Shown piece by piece: positions 1 to 9,134 of a stretch of DNA of 64,000 nt; within the stretch, counting starts at the first letter, position 1; each line of letters begins with the position of its first letter. Under the pieces are notes generated by a model that worked only from the letters and a program-made list of their open reading frames with translations, did no database searches and was not told where the DNA came from. Made by a program: the position numbers and the translations under genes. Source of the DNA: Candidatus Kuenenia stuttgartensis (GTDB taxonomy: Bacteria; Planctomycetota; GCA-002687715; CAIWVZ01); the NCBI GenBank assembly GCA_945860915.1, contig CAMARR010000009.1, forward strand, positions 41,034 through 105,033, read 5' to 3'.

Positions 1-829
1 ACGGGCCTGCGCCCACACGGGTGCAGTAGGCCTTAACCACGCCGGTGACGGAGTCGAGCGCGCGCGCAGGAAGGCCGCACCCCGCAAGTAGGCCGCCGAT
101 GTGGGTATGGCTTGAGGTCACATAGGGATAGGTTCCATGGTCGATATCGAGCATGGATCCCTGTGCGCCTTCGAGGATGACCTCTTTTCTTGCGGCAACG
201 AGATCGCGCAGCGGAACGAACGAATCGCGGATGTACTGTTTCAGGCGACGACCAGCTTCAAGCAGCGGCTCAATCGCGGCGGTTCGCTCGAGTGTTGGGC
301 GGCCGTACGCGGCGAGTAGCCGATTCTTCGCCGCGAGCTGCGTGTCAAAGAGCCGAATGAAACGCTCCTCATGAAGGAAGTCGCCCGCCTGGATGCCCAG
401 TCGCGAGGCGCGATCTGCGTAGGCCGGGCCGATGCCGCGACCCGTAGTGCCGATCTTTTGATCGCCGCGAGCATCCTCTGCGGCGCGGTCGAGTTCCTTG
501 TGCCACGGCATGACGAGGTGGGCGCGATCAGAGACGATGAGGCGTCCCGTCATGTCGTGCCCAGCAGCCCCTAGCGCAGTGATTTCCTCGACGAGCTTGT
601 TCGCGTCGATCACCACTCCGTTGCCGATGATCCCCGTGACGTGCGCATACAACATGCCGCTCGGCACAAGGTGCAGCACGCGCTTCACTCCGCCGACAAT
701 GACGGTGTGCCCCGCGTTTGCTCCGCCTTGGCATCGGACGACTGCGTCGACCGATGCGGACAGCGCATCGATGACCTTGCCCTTGCCTTCATCTCCCCAC
801 TGGAGGCCCAGAAGTGCCATGACCGGCAT
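1..829 (-). CDS. purA: adenylosuccinate synthetase, N-terminal part (gene continues beyond left edge)
   Basis: Not in the supplied ORF track (no stop inside the window). My translation of the minus strand from ATG 829-827 reads MPVMALLGLQWGDEGKGKVIDALS...QGGANAGHTV...DQKIGTTGRGIGPAYADR...EGAQGSMLDIDHGTYPYVTSS with no stop down to position 1. These are the PurA P-loop, GHT and TTGRGIGP motifs. The ATG shares one base with the carA stop (TAATG). Confidence 0.9.
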   Translation of the reverse strand, partial: MPVMALLGLQWGDEGKGKVIDALSASVDAVVRCQGGANAGHTVIVGGVKRVLHLVPSGMLYAHVTGIIGNGVVIDANKLVEEITALGAAGHDMTGRLIVSDRAHLVMPWHKELDRAAEDARGDQKIGTTGRGIGPAYADRASRLGIQAGDFLHEERFIRLFDTQLAAKNRLLAAYGRPTLERTAAIEPLLEAGRRLKQYIRDSFVPLRDLVAARKEVILEGAQGSMLDIDHGTYPYVTSSHTHIGGLLAGCGLPARALDSVTGVVKAYCTRVGAGP

Positions 830-1974
830 TAGGCTTCTCCCCGGTTGGCGTCCACGAGCTCGCGGAACTGGCGGAAAAGGTAGAGAGAGTCGTGAGGTCC
901 CGGTGCAGACTCGGGATGGTACTGGACGCTGAAAGCCTTAAGCTCCGGAAGTTCCATTCCTTCGCAGGTCATGTCATTGAGATTGATGTGTGTGACCTTC
1001 GCGACGCCATTCGGGATCGAGTCCGGATCCACAGCAAAACCGTGGTTCTGGGACGTGATCTCGATCGCTCCGGACTTCAAGTTCTTGACTGGCTGGTTAC
1101 CGCCGTGGTGACCGAACTTCAGTTTGAAGGTCTTCGCGCCGATTGCCTGTCCCATCAGCTGATGGCCAAGGCAAATTCCGAACATAGGTACTTTTCCCAA
1201 CAACGACTTGACTGTTGCAACTTCGTGGTGAAGCACAGAAGGGTCGCCGGGGCCATTTGACAAAAAGACGCCGTCCGGGCGATGACCCATGACTTGCGCA
1301 GCGGTGGAATTCGAGGGTACGACGGTCAATTTGAAGCCTGCGTCGATGAGGCTCCTGAAGATGTTCTCCTTCGCTCCGTAGTCGATCGCGACCACGTGCG
1401 CGGGCAATTCTCCAGCTGGCTTCGTCCCAAGATCGGGCGCGAAGGCAGGATCACCGCCTTGGGTCCATTCAAATGTCTTCCCGCGAGTGACCTCTTTGAC
1501 GAGGTCGCGCCCAACCAGTTGTGGAGCCTTCTTGACGCGTCGCAGGAGTTCTGCTGTGTCTGCGGTTTCGGTTGTCAGGAGCGCCGTCATCGCACCCTTA
1601 TCTCGAAGGATGCGCGTGAGCTTGCGCGTGTCGATCCCCTCGATCCCAGGAATGCCGTGGCGCGTGAGCCATGAACCAAGATCTTCCGTCGCGCGCCAGT
1701 TGCTGACGACCGGAGAAAGTTCGCGAACGACGAAGCCCGAAAGCCATGGCTTGGGCGATTCGTTGTCTTCGACGTTGATGCCATAGTTCCCGATATGCGG
1801 GTAGGTCATCACGACGATTTGGCCGCGATACGACGGATCGGTCAACACCTCTTGGTATCCCGAGAGAGATGTGTTGAACACGGCCTCGCCACTCGACTCC
1901 ACGAGAGCTCCAAACGCTTGCCCCACGAAGATTGTCCCGTCCTCGAGCACAAGCCTTGCTTCTTTTCGCTTCAT
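829..1974 (-). CDS. carA: carbamoyl-phosphate synthase small (glutamine amidotransferase) subunit
   Basis: 381-aa ORF. N-terminal CPSase small-chain segment (LVLEDGTIFVGQAFGA) and class-I GATase motifs FGICLGHQL and QYHPES. ATGA overlap with the upstream larB-like ORF. Confidence 0.95.
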   Translation of the reverse strand: MKRKEARLVLEDGTIFVGQAFGALVESSGEAVFNTSLSGYQEVLTDPSYRGQIVVMTYPHIGNYGINVEDNESPKPWLSGFVVRELSPVVSNWRATEDLGSWLTRHGIPGIEGIDTRKLTRILRDKGAMTALLTTETADTAELLRRVKKAPQLVGRDLVKEVTRGKTFEWTQGGDPAFAPDLGTKPAGELPAHVVAIDYGAKENIFRSLIDAGFKLTVVPSNSTAAQVMGHRPDGVFLSNGPGDPSVLHHEVATVKSLLGKVPMFGICLGHQLMGQAIGAKTFKLKFGHHGGNQPVKNLKSGAIEITSQNHGFAVDPDSIPNGVAKVTHINLNDMTCEGMELPELKAFSVQYHPESAPGPHDSLYLFRQFRELVDANRGEA

Positions 1975-2654
1975 GAGCGTGCGAACTCCCTGTTGATGAG
2001 TGCGGCCACGTAGCCCGCCCCAAATCCGTTGTCGATGTTTGTCACCGTGATGTTGGGTGCGCAGGCATTGAGCATGCCGAGCAGCGCCGCGATCCCACCG
2101 AGGGAGGCGCCATAGCCCACCGAAGTCGGAACGGCAATCACCGGCCGATCCACGAGCCCACCGACGACAGACGGCAGGGCCCCTTCCATTCCCGCGACCA
2201 CGACGAGAACGTGGGCCCGACGCAACGCCGCCTGTTCCTCAAGAATCCGGTGCAACCCCGCGACTCCAACATCGTTGATTCGTATGACCGACGCGCCGAG
2301 GCACTCGGCCGTGAGCGCGGCTTCCTCAGCCACCGGCAGGTCCGCGGTTCCCGCACAGACGACCGTCACATTCCCCGAACGCACTTGATCGGGAGGGAGC
2401 AGTCGGACGATGCGGGAGCGTGGATGCCATTCTGCCGATGGAACGGCGATGCGCATGAGCTCCGCATGAGCGGGAGTGGCGCGTGTAGCCAAGAAGTACC
2501 CCGACCGCGCCGTGATCCTTGCGGCGATCGCGGCGGCTTCTTCGGGGGTCTTTCGCTCCGCGTAGATCACTTCAGGGAAGCCGCATCGGCGTTCCCTGTC
2601 GTGGTCAATACGTGCGAATCCCAAGATCTCAGTCGGGTCTCCCATCACAGGCAC
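1971..2654 (-). CDS. larB: LarB / PurE-like (NCAIR-mutase-related, COG1691-type) protein
   Basis: 227 aa. PurE-fold motifs VVCAGTADLPVAEEA, VVAGMEGALPSVVGGL and PVIAVPTSVGYG. The first codon at 2654 is GTG; an ATG follows at 2645. The stop overlaps the carA ATG (ATGA). Confidence 0.7.
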   Translation of the reverse strand: MPVMGDPTEILGFARIDHDRERRCGFPEVIYAERKTPEEAAAIAARITARSGYFLATRATPAHAELMRIAVPSAEWHPRSRIVRLLPPDQVRSGNVTVVCAGTADLPVAEEAALTAECLGASVIRINDVGVAGLHRILEEQAALRRAHVLVVVAGMEGALPSVVGGLVDRPVIAVPTSVGYGASLGGIAALLGMLNACAPNITVTNIDNGFGAGYVAALINREFARS

Positions 2655-2715
2655 ATCCGGAGCGCAGCGCGCTCATGGGGCCCGGAGGCGTCACCCGCGG
2701 TCCCGGGGGCACGTT

Positions 2716-3780
2716 TTAACCTTGCGGCGATGACGGAGCAACCGCCGCTTCTCGTCGCCAAACCGCTCGCGGGGCCGTCACCAAGGGCAGTGCGTCCGGC
2801 CCCTGTGCCATGAATCGGAAATAGCCCTGCGAAGCCACCATCGCCGCGTTGTCCGTGCAGAGGCTGGGCGGGGTGAGGTAGACCCGAAACCCCTCCTTTG
2901 CGCCCCGTGCGACCAAGGCGTCTCGCAGAGGCCCGTTGCAGGCAACCCCACCACCAATGGCGAGGCGCGGCGTTTTCCACCGACGGCAGGCGACGGAGGA
3001 CTTGGTAACGAGCGTGTCAACAACGGCGGCCTGAAACGAGGCTGCGACATCTTCTACCCGCACTCCGGGGCGAAGCTGCGGCAAAGGCCTCCCATCGGGG
3101 TCCTGCTCAAAGCAGCGGTAGCGCACGGCGGTCTTGAGACCGGAGAACGAGACATCAAGCCCATTTGGATCGAGCAGGGGCCTCTTGAACGGATACAGCG
3201 CCGCGTCGCCTGACTTCGCGGCGCGCTCAACGGCAGGGCCGCCCGGGTACCCGAGACCCAACGCCGCGGCGACCTTGTCGAAGGCCTCACCTGCCGCGTC
3301 GTCGAGCGTCGCACCAAGCAGTAGATGATCACAAGCGCTCGACGAAAGGAAAAAATGCGTGTGGCCCCCACTCACGACGAGCGAAATAAGTGGGTATTCA
3401 GGAGGATCGCCGGCCGCGAGCCACGGAGCACCGATGTGCGCTTCAATGTGGTTGACCCCGACGATGGGAATCGACGTGGCGCATGAGAGGGCTTCCGCAG
3501 CCGCGACTCCAATGAGAAGTGCGCCAACTAGGCCCGGCTCCCGCGTGACCGCCAGAAGTCCGATGTCAGCCAATGTGACGCCTGCATCCGTCAGCGCCTT
3601 CGTAACGACGGGCAAAATTGCCTTCACGTGCTCGCGGGCCGCGATTTCCGGGACCACGCCCTTCCATGCGCCATGGCGCTGCACTTGACTCGCGATGATC
3701 GACGAACGAATCGTGCGGCCACCTTCGACCACAGCGGCCGCGGTCTCATCGCACGAGGTCTCTATTCCCAAGGTCAGCAT
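2716..3780 (-). CDS. tsaD: tRNA N6-adenosine threonylcarbamoyltransferase (Kae1/TsaD family)
   Basis: 354 aa. Motifs GIETSCDETAAAVV, VNHIEAHI and VSGGHT; ATG start verified. Confidence 0.95.
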   Translation of the reverse strand: MLTLGIETSCDETAAAVVEGGRTIRSSIIASQVQRHGAWKGVVPEIAAREHVKAILPVVTKALTDAGVTLADIGLLAVTREPGLVGALLIGVAAAEALSCATSIPIVGVNHIEAHIGAPWLAAGDPPEYPLISLVVSGGHTHFFLSSSACDHLLLGATLDDAAGEAFDKVAAALGLGYPGGPAVERAAKSGDAALYPFKRPLLDPNGLDVSFSGLKTAVRYRCFEQDPDGRPLPQLRPGVRVEDVAASFQAAVVDTLVTKSSVACRRWKTPRLAIGGGVACNGPLRDALVARGAKEGFRVYLTPPSLCTDNAAMVASQGYFRFMAQGPDALPLVTAPRAVWRREAAVAPSSPQG

Positions 3781-3804
3781 GAATTCCTCTCTACTTCGGA
3801 GATC

Positions 3805-5058
3805 CTAGCGCAGGAGCTTCATCGCGATGTCTCGTGCCTCATCGGCAACATTGGCTCCGTCGTGGCGTTCGACAAGTTCGCGCACGTGAAGGGGCCAGCG
3901 CTCACGGTGGCGTGCCCTTTCGAGCGCTGCTCGATTTCCCGCAGGCACCTTGATGACAACATCGGGTATTAAGCCACCTCCGCCGACACCACGCACAACG
4001 GATGGCAGATGCGATTCAAGAGACCTCCCGCTCGGTGTCAACAGCACTCCCGTCGTGATCTTCATTCCACCTGGAGAGTTGGCGAAGGCCATGACTTCCT
4101 GAATCGCACCTTTGCCATAAGTGCGCTCCCCAATCATCAAGGCACACCCGTGGTCCGAAAGAGCGCCGGCGAGAACCTCAGCTGCTGAAGCTGTTTCGCC
4201 ATTAACCAGCAACAGCGTCCTGCATGAGGCAAGCGGAGATCCGGAAGTTGCGCCAAAGCTCGAATCTTCCGTCCGTCCTACACGTCGATAGATGATGCCT
4301 TCCTCTATCCAACGATCGGCGACCGCGGCCGCAGCATCGAGGTCGCCACCATGGTTATTTCTCACATCAACAATTAGGTGCTGCGGGGGCATCAATGCGA
4401 GCTTCGACCACGCGGCATCGAATTGTGCGGGCGTCGTCGGACGAAACTCCGTAATCACCAGCAGTCCCGTGTGGTCATCAATCCGAGTCGCGTGAACCGT
4501 TGGGCGATCCATATCACGTCGAGGAACAGAAAGTCCTCGACCATCTGCCCCTTCAAGGGTCCCTACAATCAGAGCAACTCGCGACCCAAGCGGCCCATCG
4601 AGAAGGATGTCGACATCTACTGCGTCATCGATCGGCTTGTTGTCGATGCTCAATAGCCGCTCGCCCGGTCGAATTCCGGCTTCTTCCGCCGGACTCCCAG
4701 GAATCACGCTGGCGATTATCGTGCGTCCACCGAGCGCGACAAGGTCGAGCCCAACTCCGGTGAATGCGCCGCGCGCGCGCTGCCGGAAGATTTCCCATTC
4801 AACCGGACCGTACGCCTCCGCGTACGGGTCCACCGCGCCCACCAATCCAGCGACGGCACCCTCGCCAAGTCGCTCCTGATCTAACGGGAGTACCGAATGC
4901 TCACGCGTCATGGCATAGGCCTCGCGCAAGAGGGACTCCCCGGGCAGTGCCTCAGGCCGAACCGGCGGTGGCATCCAAGTCCTCACCGCAATGAACGTGA
5001 CCGAAACAGCGAGCGCAACGGCGACAAGGGCGGGCCAGATTGGTCGAGGCTCGCTCAT
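3805..5058 (-). CDS. S41 family C-terminal processing peptidase with PDZ domain
   Basis: 417 aa. N-terminal TM helix (IWPALVAVALAVSVTFIAV), PDZ-like segment (GIRPGERLLSIDNKPI), and Ser/Lys dyad contexts NGETASAAEVLAGAL and TYGKGAIQ. ATGA overlap with the upstream gene. Confidence 0.85.
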   Translation of the reverse strand: MSEPRPIWPALVAVALAVSVTFIAVRTWMPPPVRPEALPGESLLREAYAMTREHSVLPLDQERLGEGAVAGLVGAVDPYAEAYGPVEWEIFRQRARGAFTGVGLDLVALGGRTIIASVIPGSPAEEAGIRPGERLLSIDNKPIDDAVDVDILLDGPLGSRVALIVGTLEGADGRGLSVPRRDMDRPTVHATRIDDHTGLLVITEFRPTTPAQFDAAWSKLALMPPQHLIVDVRNNHGGDLDAAAAVADRWIEEGIIYRRVGRTEDSSFGATSGSPLASCRTLLLVNGETASAAEVLAGALSDHGCALMIGERTYGKGAIQEVMAFANSPGGMKITTGVLLTPSGRSLESHLPSVVRGVGGGGLIPDVVIKVPAGNRAALERARHRERWPLHVRELVERHDGANVADEARDIAMKLLR

Positions 5059-5585
5059 GGGTCGGAGGCCGCCAACAATGGCGCGATATTAGGTGGGAGT
5101 CTGAGTCGAGCTCCCTTGACTACCCCGAGTCGGTTGGCCTCTCCGGCTCCGACTTCAAACACCATTCGAACCGGTTCCATGGATGCGAATCGAGGTAACG
5201 CATCATCCGGAACCGATGGAGCGGGAGCGTCCATCCGTCCGACATTGACGACGGTTCCGTCGTCACGCAGGTAGGCAATGTCGAGAGAGACGAGGCAGCC
5301 CTTCATCCAGAACCCTCGGACGTCTGCGTCTGAATAGGTGAAGAGCATACCGGTGGATACGGGAACCGACGTGCGCCCCGACATTCCTTTCGCCCGCGAT
5401 TCGAAGTTGGAAGCCACCTCGCACGTCACGGATCCGTTCGGGCATCCAACCGTCACGGTCCCACGGAGAGAAGGAACGACCGCAGGCTTCTTGATCACAC
5501 CCCCGGAGTCGGGTTGCGTCGGCTCTGGAGCCGAACATGCCACGGTGATCGCTGCAAAAAGGATCGCAAGATTTTGGAATCTCAT
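5055..5585 (-). CDS. DUF192 (COG1430) family lipoprotein
   Basis: 176 aa. Lipobox-like signal end (AITVAC). Motif GMSGR..GMLF..FWMKGCLVSLDIAYL is typical of DUF192. ATGA overlaps on both sides. Confidence 0.7.
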   Translation of the reverse strand: MRFQNLAILFAAITVACSAPEPTQPDSGGVIKKPAVVPSLRGTVTVGCPNGSVTCEVASNFESRAKGMSGRTSVPVSTGMLFTYSDADVRGFWMKGCLVSLDIAYLRDDGTVVNVGRMDAPAPSVPDDALPRFASMEPVRMVFEVGAGEANRLGVVKGARLRLPPNIAPLLAASDP

Positions 5586-6154
5586 GAAACGTCCTTCAGG
5601 CCGAGCGCGGCGAGCGCGGCGAGTGCATGTCTCACCGGCAACCCCACGACGTTGTCCAATGGACCTTCCATCGCGATCACGAATTGATCTGCGGTTTCCT
5701 GGATCGCGTACGAGCCTGCTTTCCCTTCATGCTCGCGTGTCGCGATGTACGCTTCGATATCGGCGTCGGTCAACGGACGCATCGTGATGAGTGTTGTGAC
5801 GGATCCAGTCACGAGCGCTCCGTCGGATTGGCGGCCCGCTGTAAATCCGGTCACGACGCGGTGGGTTGAACCTGAGAGCAGCTGCAACATGCGGCGAGCA
5901 TCGTCATCATCCGTCGGCTTTCCGAGGATCTCGCCACCAACGGCCACGACCGTATCCGCGGCAAGAACGTATCCGTCAACGCGCCTCGACAGCACGTCCA
6001 TGGCCTTTAACCTCGCTAGTCGACTCGCGAGTCGAACAGGATCGGTCTCACCATTCGGACTTTCGTCTACATTCGGGGAGACAACTAGAAACGCAACCCC
6101 CCGTTCCACGAGAAGGTCACGACGACGAGGGGATGAGGAGGCGAGGGCCAGCAC
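5582..6154 (-). CDS. maf: Maf-like nucleoside triphosphate pyrophosphatase
   Basis: 190 aa. LASSSPRRRDLL N-terminus and GKAGSYAIQE motif. GTG start codon at 6154. Confidence 0.9.
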   Translation of the reverse strand: MLALASSSPRRRDLLVERGVAFLVVSPNVDESPNGETDPVRLASRLARLKAMDVLSRRVDGYVLAADTVVAVGGEILGKPTDDDDARRMLQLLSGSTHRVVTGFTAGRQSDGALVTGSVTTLITMRPLTDADIEAYIATREHEGKAGSYAIQETADQFVIAMEGPLDNVVGLPVRHALAALAALGLKDVS

Positions 6155-6177
6155 GCGCCCATCCTAACGTCGGGAAC

Positions 6178-7029
6178 TCATGACTTTCGGGGTGAGGCCT
6201 TGGCGCGCGCAGGGGTCTTATCCGCGTTGGATGGCGGCGCCTTCTGCTTCGTCCCCTTCACTGCGACCTTCTGCGTCGAGGCCTTCTCAGTCTTGGATGC
6301 CTTTGCCGAGGACGACTTGGCTAGCTTCGGCGCAGCTTCCTTAGCGGGTGCCGGAGCATGGGAAGAGGGGCAGAATGATCGAGCGACGCATGTGGTGCAT
6401 TCCGGCTTGGGTGAAACACACGTTGTTTCGGCAAGTGTGTGAATGATCGACAGCAGGGCCATCAGATCGGATTCAGGCACCAACCCGCGCACATGCAGTT
6501 TCAGCGCCGTAGCAGCGCCTTTGCCATCAGAGAGCCCGAGACGCTGAAGGACCTTCGGGAAGCCGCCGTCGACGACGACCTCAGGGGAACGGGCCACCCA
6601 AGACTTGAGTGAGACCACATGGGCGAGCGAACGATCGCCCAACCATTTCACCAGTCGGTCCATCTTGCGACCGCCGGTATCCTTCGCAGGGTCCGACAGC
6701 CATTCCAATGAAAGGCGATTGAATCGGAGAAACACCATCGCGAGAAGTTCGACAAGGCGTTCAGCGCGCGCGATCGAGTCCTCGCCGCCAACTTTGGCGG
6801 CGAGTTCCCGGACCGGGGTAACGCGTACGTCGTTCCAATCGACGTAGTCCGACTCAAGGCGGCGCACCGCTGCGCGCGCTCGCTTGGTACCGAGCCCCCG
6901 GCAGATGGTCGTGAGCGCAAGGTGCGACAACGGATGAGTTTCCTCCGTATCGCGTACGCCGCCGATCACGAGCTCTAGTTCGGCGAGGACCTTTTGGGCC
7001 CTCTCCTTCATTGCCGGAGTCACGGGCAT
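6178..7029 (-). CDS. endonuclease III-like HhH-GPD / [4Fe-4S] protein with Lys/Ala-rich C-terminal tail
   Basis: 283 aa. Exact EndoIII/MutY Fe-S loop spacing C-X6-C-X2-C-X5-C (CVSPKPECTTCVARSFC) and a VVDGGFPKVLQRLGL segment resembling VDTHVxRVxxRLGL. The HhH catalytic Lys is not evident (WLGDRSLAHVV). The last ~55 aa are K/A/P/S-rich. Confidence 0.6.
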   Translation of the reverse strand: MPVTPAMKERAQKVLAELELVIGGVRDTEETHPLSHLALTTICRGLGTKRARAAVRRLESDYVDWNDVRVTPVRELAAKVGGEDSIARAERLVELLAMVFLRFNRLSLEWLSDPAKDTGGRKMDRLVKWLGDRSLAHVVSLKSWVARSPEVVVDGGFPKVLQRLGLSDGKGAATALKLHVRGLVPESDLMALLSIIHTLAETTCVSPKPECTTCVARSFCPSSHAPAPAKEAAPKLAKSSSAKASKTEKASTQKVAVKGTKQKAPPSNADKTPARAKASPRKS

Positions 7030-7033
7030 CGGA

Positions 7034-7402
7034 TCACGTCTTCTTGGCGGGCTTCTTGAACGCAGTCTTCTCGACGGTGCGACCCGTCTTCTTGCGCGCA
7101 GCTACGCGACCCTTACGACGCTCGGCGTTGGCCTTGCGCGTTGCGGTTGCATCGCCATAGACGATCTTCTCTGCGCGAAGATGGGCCTTGATGGTTTCCG
7201 AAGGCGTTGCGCCCTTCTTCATCCAATCAAAGAGGCGCTCGAGATCGAGCTTCCAAATCTTGCCAGTCGAATTAATGGGATCGTAATAGCCGAGATGGTC
7301 AAGCACCTTGCCGTCACGGCGGGTGCGAGAGTCATAGACGGCGATACGAAAGAACGGCCGATTTTCACGGCCGATACGGCTGAGACGGATGTGAACTGCC
7401 AT
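7034..7402 (-). CDS. rpsP: 30S ribosomal protein S16 with basic C-terminal extension
   Basis: 122 aa. MAVHIRLSRIGRENRPFFRIAVYDSRTRRDGK..LGYYDP is the S16 core. An extra Lys/Arg-rich tail of ~40 aa follows. Confidence 0.9.
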   Translation of the reverse strand: MAVHIRLSRIGRENRPFFRIAVYDSRTRRDGKVLDHLGYYDPINSTGKIWKLDLERLFDWMKKGATPSETIKAHLRAEKIVYGDATATRKANAERRKGRVAARKKTGRTVEKTAFKKPAKKT

Positions 7403-7431
7403 GGATATCTCCCGGTCGGGGGTGAATCAGT

Positions 7432-8901
7432 CTACCTACGTTTCCGTTGCTTCCGGGCGTCAGCCCGAGCTTTCTGCCCGGAGAACTGCCTCCAGGCCTT
7501 GACTTGGTCCATATCGAGGAGGTTGACACCGGCCTCCTGCATCTTCGAAAGAGCCTGTTCCTTCTCCTTTTGGAGCCCCTTTGTCGGGTCCAAAAGGCGG
7601 CCAAACACGCCCATCTTTCGCAGTTCTCCGAACTGCTTCTTCATTTCCTTGAACGAACGCATGAGGTCATTGACCTGCTCTAGGGTCACGCCCGCGCCCC
7701 GGGCCACCCTTTGTCGTCGGGACACGTTGAGGATGTCCGGTTCCATCCGCTCGACAGAGGTCATCGACAGGATGATCGCTTCCGAGCGCATGAATTCTCG
7801 TTCGTCCAAGGGCATATTGGCCATCTGCTGGCCGAGCCCCGGAATCATGCCGAGAATGTCCTTCATATTCCCCATTCGCTTGATCTGCTGGAGAAGTCGG
7901 AGAAAGTCATCAAGTGAGAACGTGCCGAGGAACATCTTCTCGGCCTGAGCACGCGCCGTCCGCTCGTCAACCACCTCTTGGGCTTTTTCAACGAGCGACA
8001 CAACGTCGCCCATTCCCAGAATGCGATCGGCCATCCGCGAAGGGTAAAACTGGTCGAATTTGTCGAGTTTCTCACCGAGCCCGACGAATCTAATCGGCTT
8101 TCCCGTAACTTCTCGAACCGACAACGCCGCGCCACCGCGGGCATCGCCATCGAGTTTAGTCAAGATGACTCCCGTCAACGGAAGTCGGTCATTGAATGCC
8201 TTCGCTGAATTGACGGCATCCTGACCGGTCATCGCGTCGCATACGAGAAAAACCTCATGCGGCGAAGTCCGACGGGCAACTTCCGCGACTTCCGCCATCA
8301 GGGAATCGTCGATGTGAAGCCGGCCCGCCGTGTCAAGAATGACGACGTCGATGCGCTCGGTCTTCGCCCGCGCGACGGCGCGCTCGCACACGGCCGGCGG
8401 AGGCATTCCCGTTTCGGTGTGCACGGGGATTCCAAGCGATGCGCCCAAGACCTTGAGCTGCTCAACCGCGGCGGGACGCTGCAAGTCGGCCGCCGCAAGC
8501 AGCACCGACTTCTGGTACTTCTTGGCAATGAACGCGGCCAACTTGCCGCATGTCGTCGTTTTGCCCGCGCCCTGAAGTCCGGCCATAAGGATGACCGTCG
8601 GACTTCCAGTGGAGAATTTGATCGGTTCGGCGTCAGCCCCACCCATGAGGGCCGTGAGTTCGTCGTGAATGACCTTGACGATCATCTGGCCTGGGTTGAC
8701 GCCTTCGATGACTTCCCGGCCGAGAGCCTTGATCTTGACACGCTCCATGAAAGCTCTAGCAACGCCGAGATTCACGTCCGCTTCGAGCAAGGCAATACGC
8801 ACCTCGCGGAGAGCGTCTTTGACGTTCTCCTCCGAGAGCTTGCCGTTACCGGCTAGGCGGCTGATGAGGCCTTGGATGCCCTTCGACAGGGATTCGAGCA
8901 T
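7432..8901 (-). CDS. ffh: signal recognition particle protein Ffh
   Basis: The track ORF is 7432..8934. I prefer ATG 8901 (MLESLSKGIQGLISRL) by analogy with Ffh N-termini. GTPase motifs GLQGAGKTTTCGKLA, DTAGR and TKLDGDARGG; Met-rich M domain; basic C-terminal tail (..ARKQRKRR). Confidence 0.93.
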   Translation of the reverse strand: MLESLSKGIQGLISRLAGNGKLSEENVKDALREVRIALLEADVNLGVARAFMERVKIKALGREVIEGVNPGQMIVKVIHDELTALMGGADAEPIKFSTGSPTVILMAGLQGAGKTTTCGKLAAFIAKKYQKSVLLAAADLQRPAAVEQLKVLGASLGIPVHTETGMPPPAVCERAVARAKTERIDVVILDTAGRLHIDDSLMAEVAEVARRTSPHEVFLVCDAMTGQDAVNSAKAFNDRLPLTGVILTKLDGDARGGAALSVREVTGKPIRFVGLGEKLDKFDQFYPSRMADRILGMGDVVSLVEKAQEVVDERTARAQAEKMFLGTFSLDDFLRLLQQIKRMGNMKDILGMIPGLGQQMANMPLDEREFMRSEAIILSMTSVERMEPDILNVSRRQRVARGAGVTLEQVNDLMRSFKEMKKQFGELRKMGVFGRLLDPTKGLQKEKEQALSKMQEAGVNLLDMDQVKAWRQFSGQKARADARKQRKRR

Positions 8902-9134
8902 GCAGTTTGGAGCCCCCGGGCCCCGCGGCGCCATAGGGCACCCGGGGAGGCGGCTTGTGGCGGCCTCCGGGAGGGGGGCAACCTAACTTACAAGGGCCGG
9001 ATGAACAACGAGACGGAACTCAGACCCTCCCCTTCTTGGGGCGGGGCCCTTCGAGACGTAGACTTTTCGCCCTTCCGTGCGCCCCGGACATACCGTCCGG
9101 ACGCCTGCGCAGCATCCTCCGGAGACCTCTTCCC

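Noticed and set aside
7181-7948. Long ORFs antisense to confident genes. Examples are 7181..7948 (+), 12189..12815 (+), 16414..17004 (+), 22140..22715 (+), 52883..53620 (+) and 55022..55765 (+), each 190-255 aa.
   Set aside because: In a ~60% GC genome, antisense frames are poor in stop codons. The translations are Arg/Ser/Pro/Ala-rich with no motifs, and each is fully overlapped by an opposite-strand gene with strong family motifs (rpsP/ffh, GldG-like, the propeller protein, rho, the sigma54 activator, the acyltransferase).
8902-9134. The 233-nt gap next to ffh, examined for an SRP (4.5S) RNA or another sRNA. It contains the hairpin GGAGGC...GCCTCC.
   Set aside because: I could not find the conserved SRP RNA domain IV motif (GGAAGGAAGCAGC-like) or a convincing long helix. 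The gap is more simply the divergent promoter region of ffh and the TPR gene.
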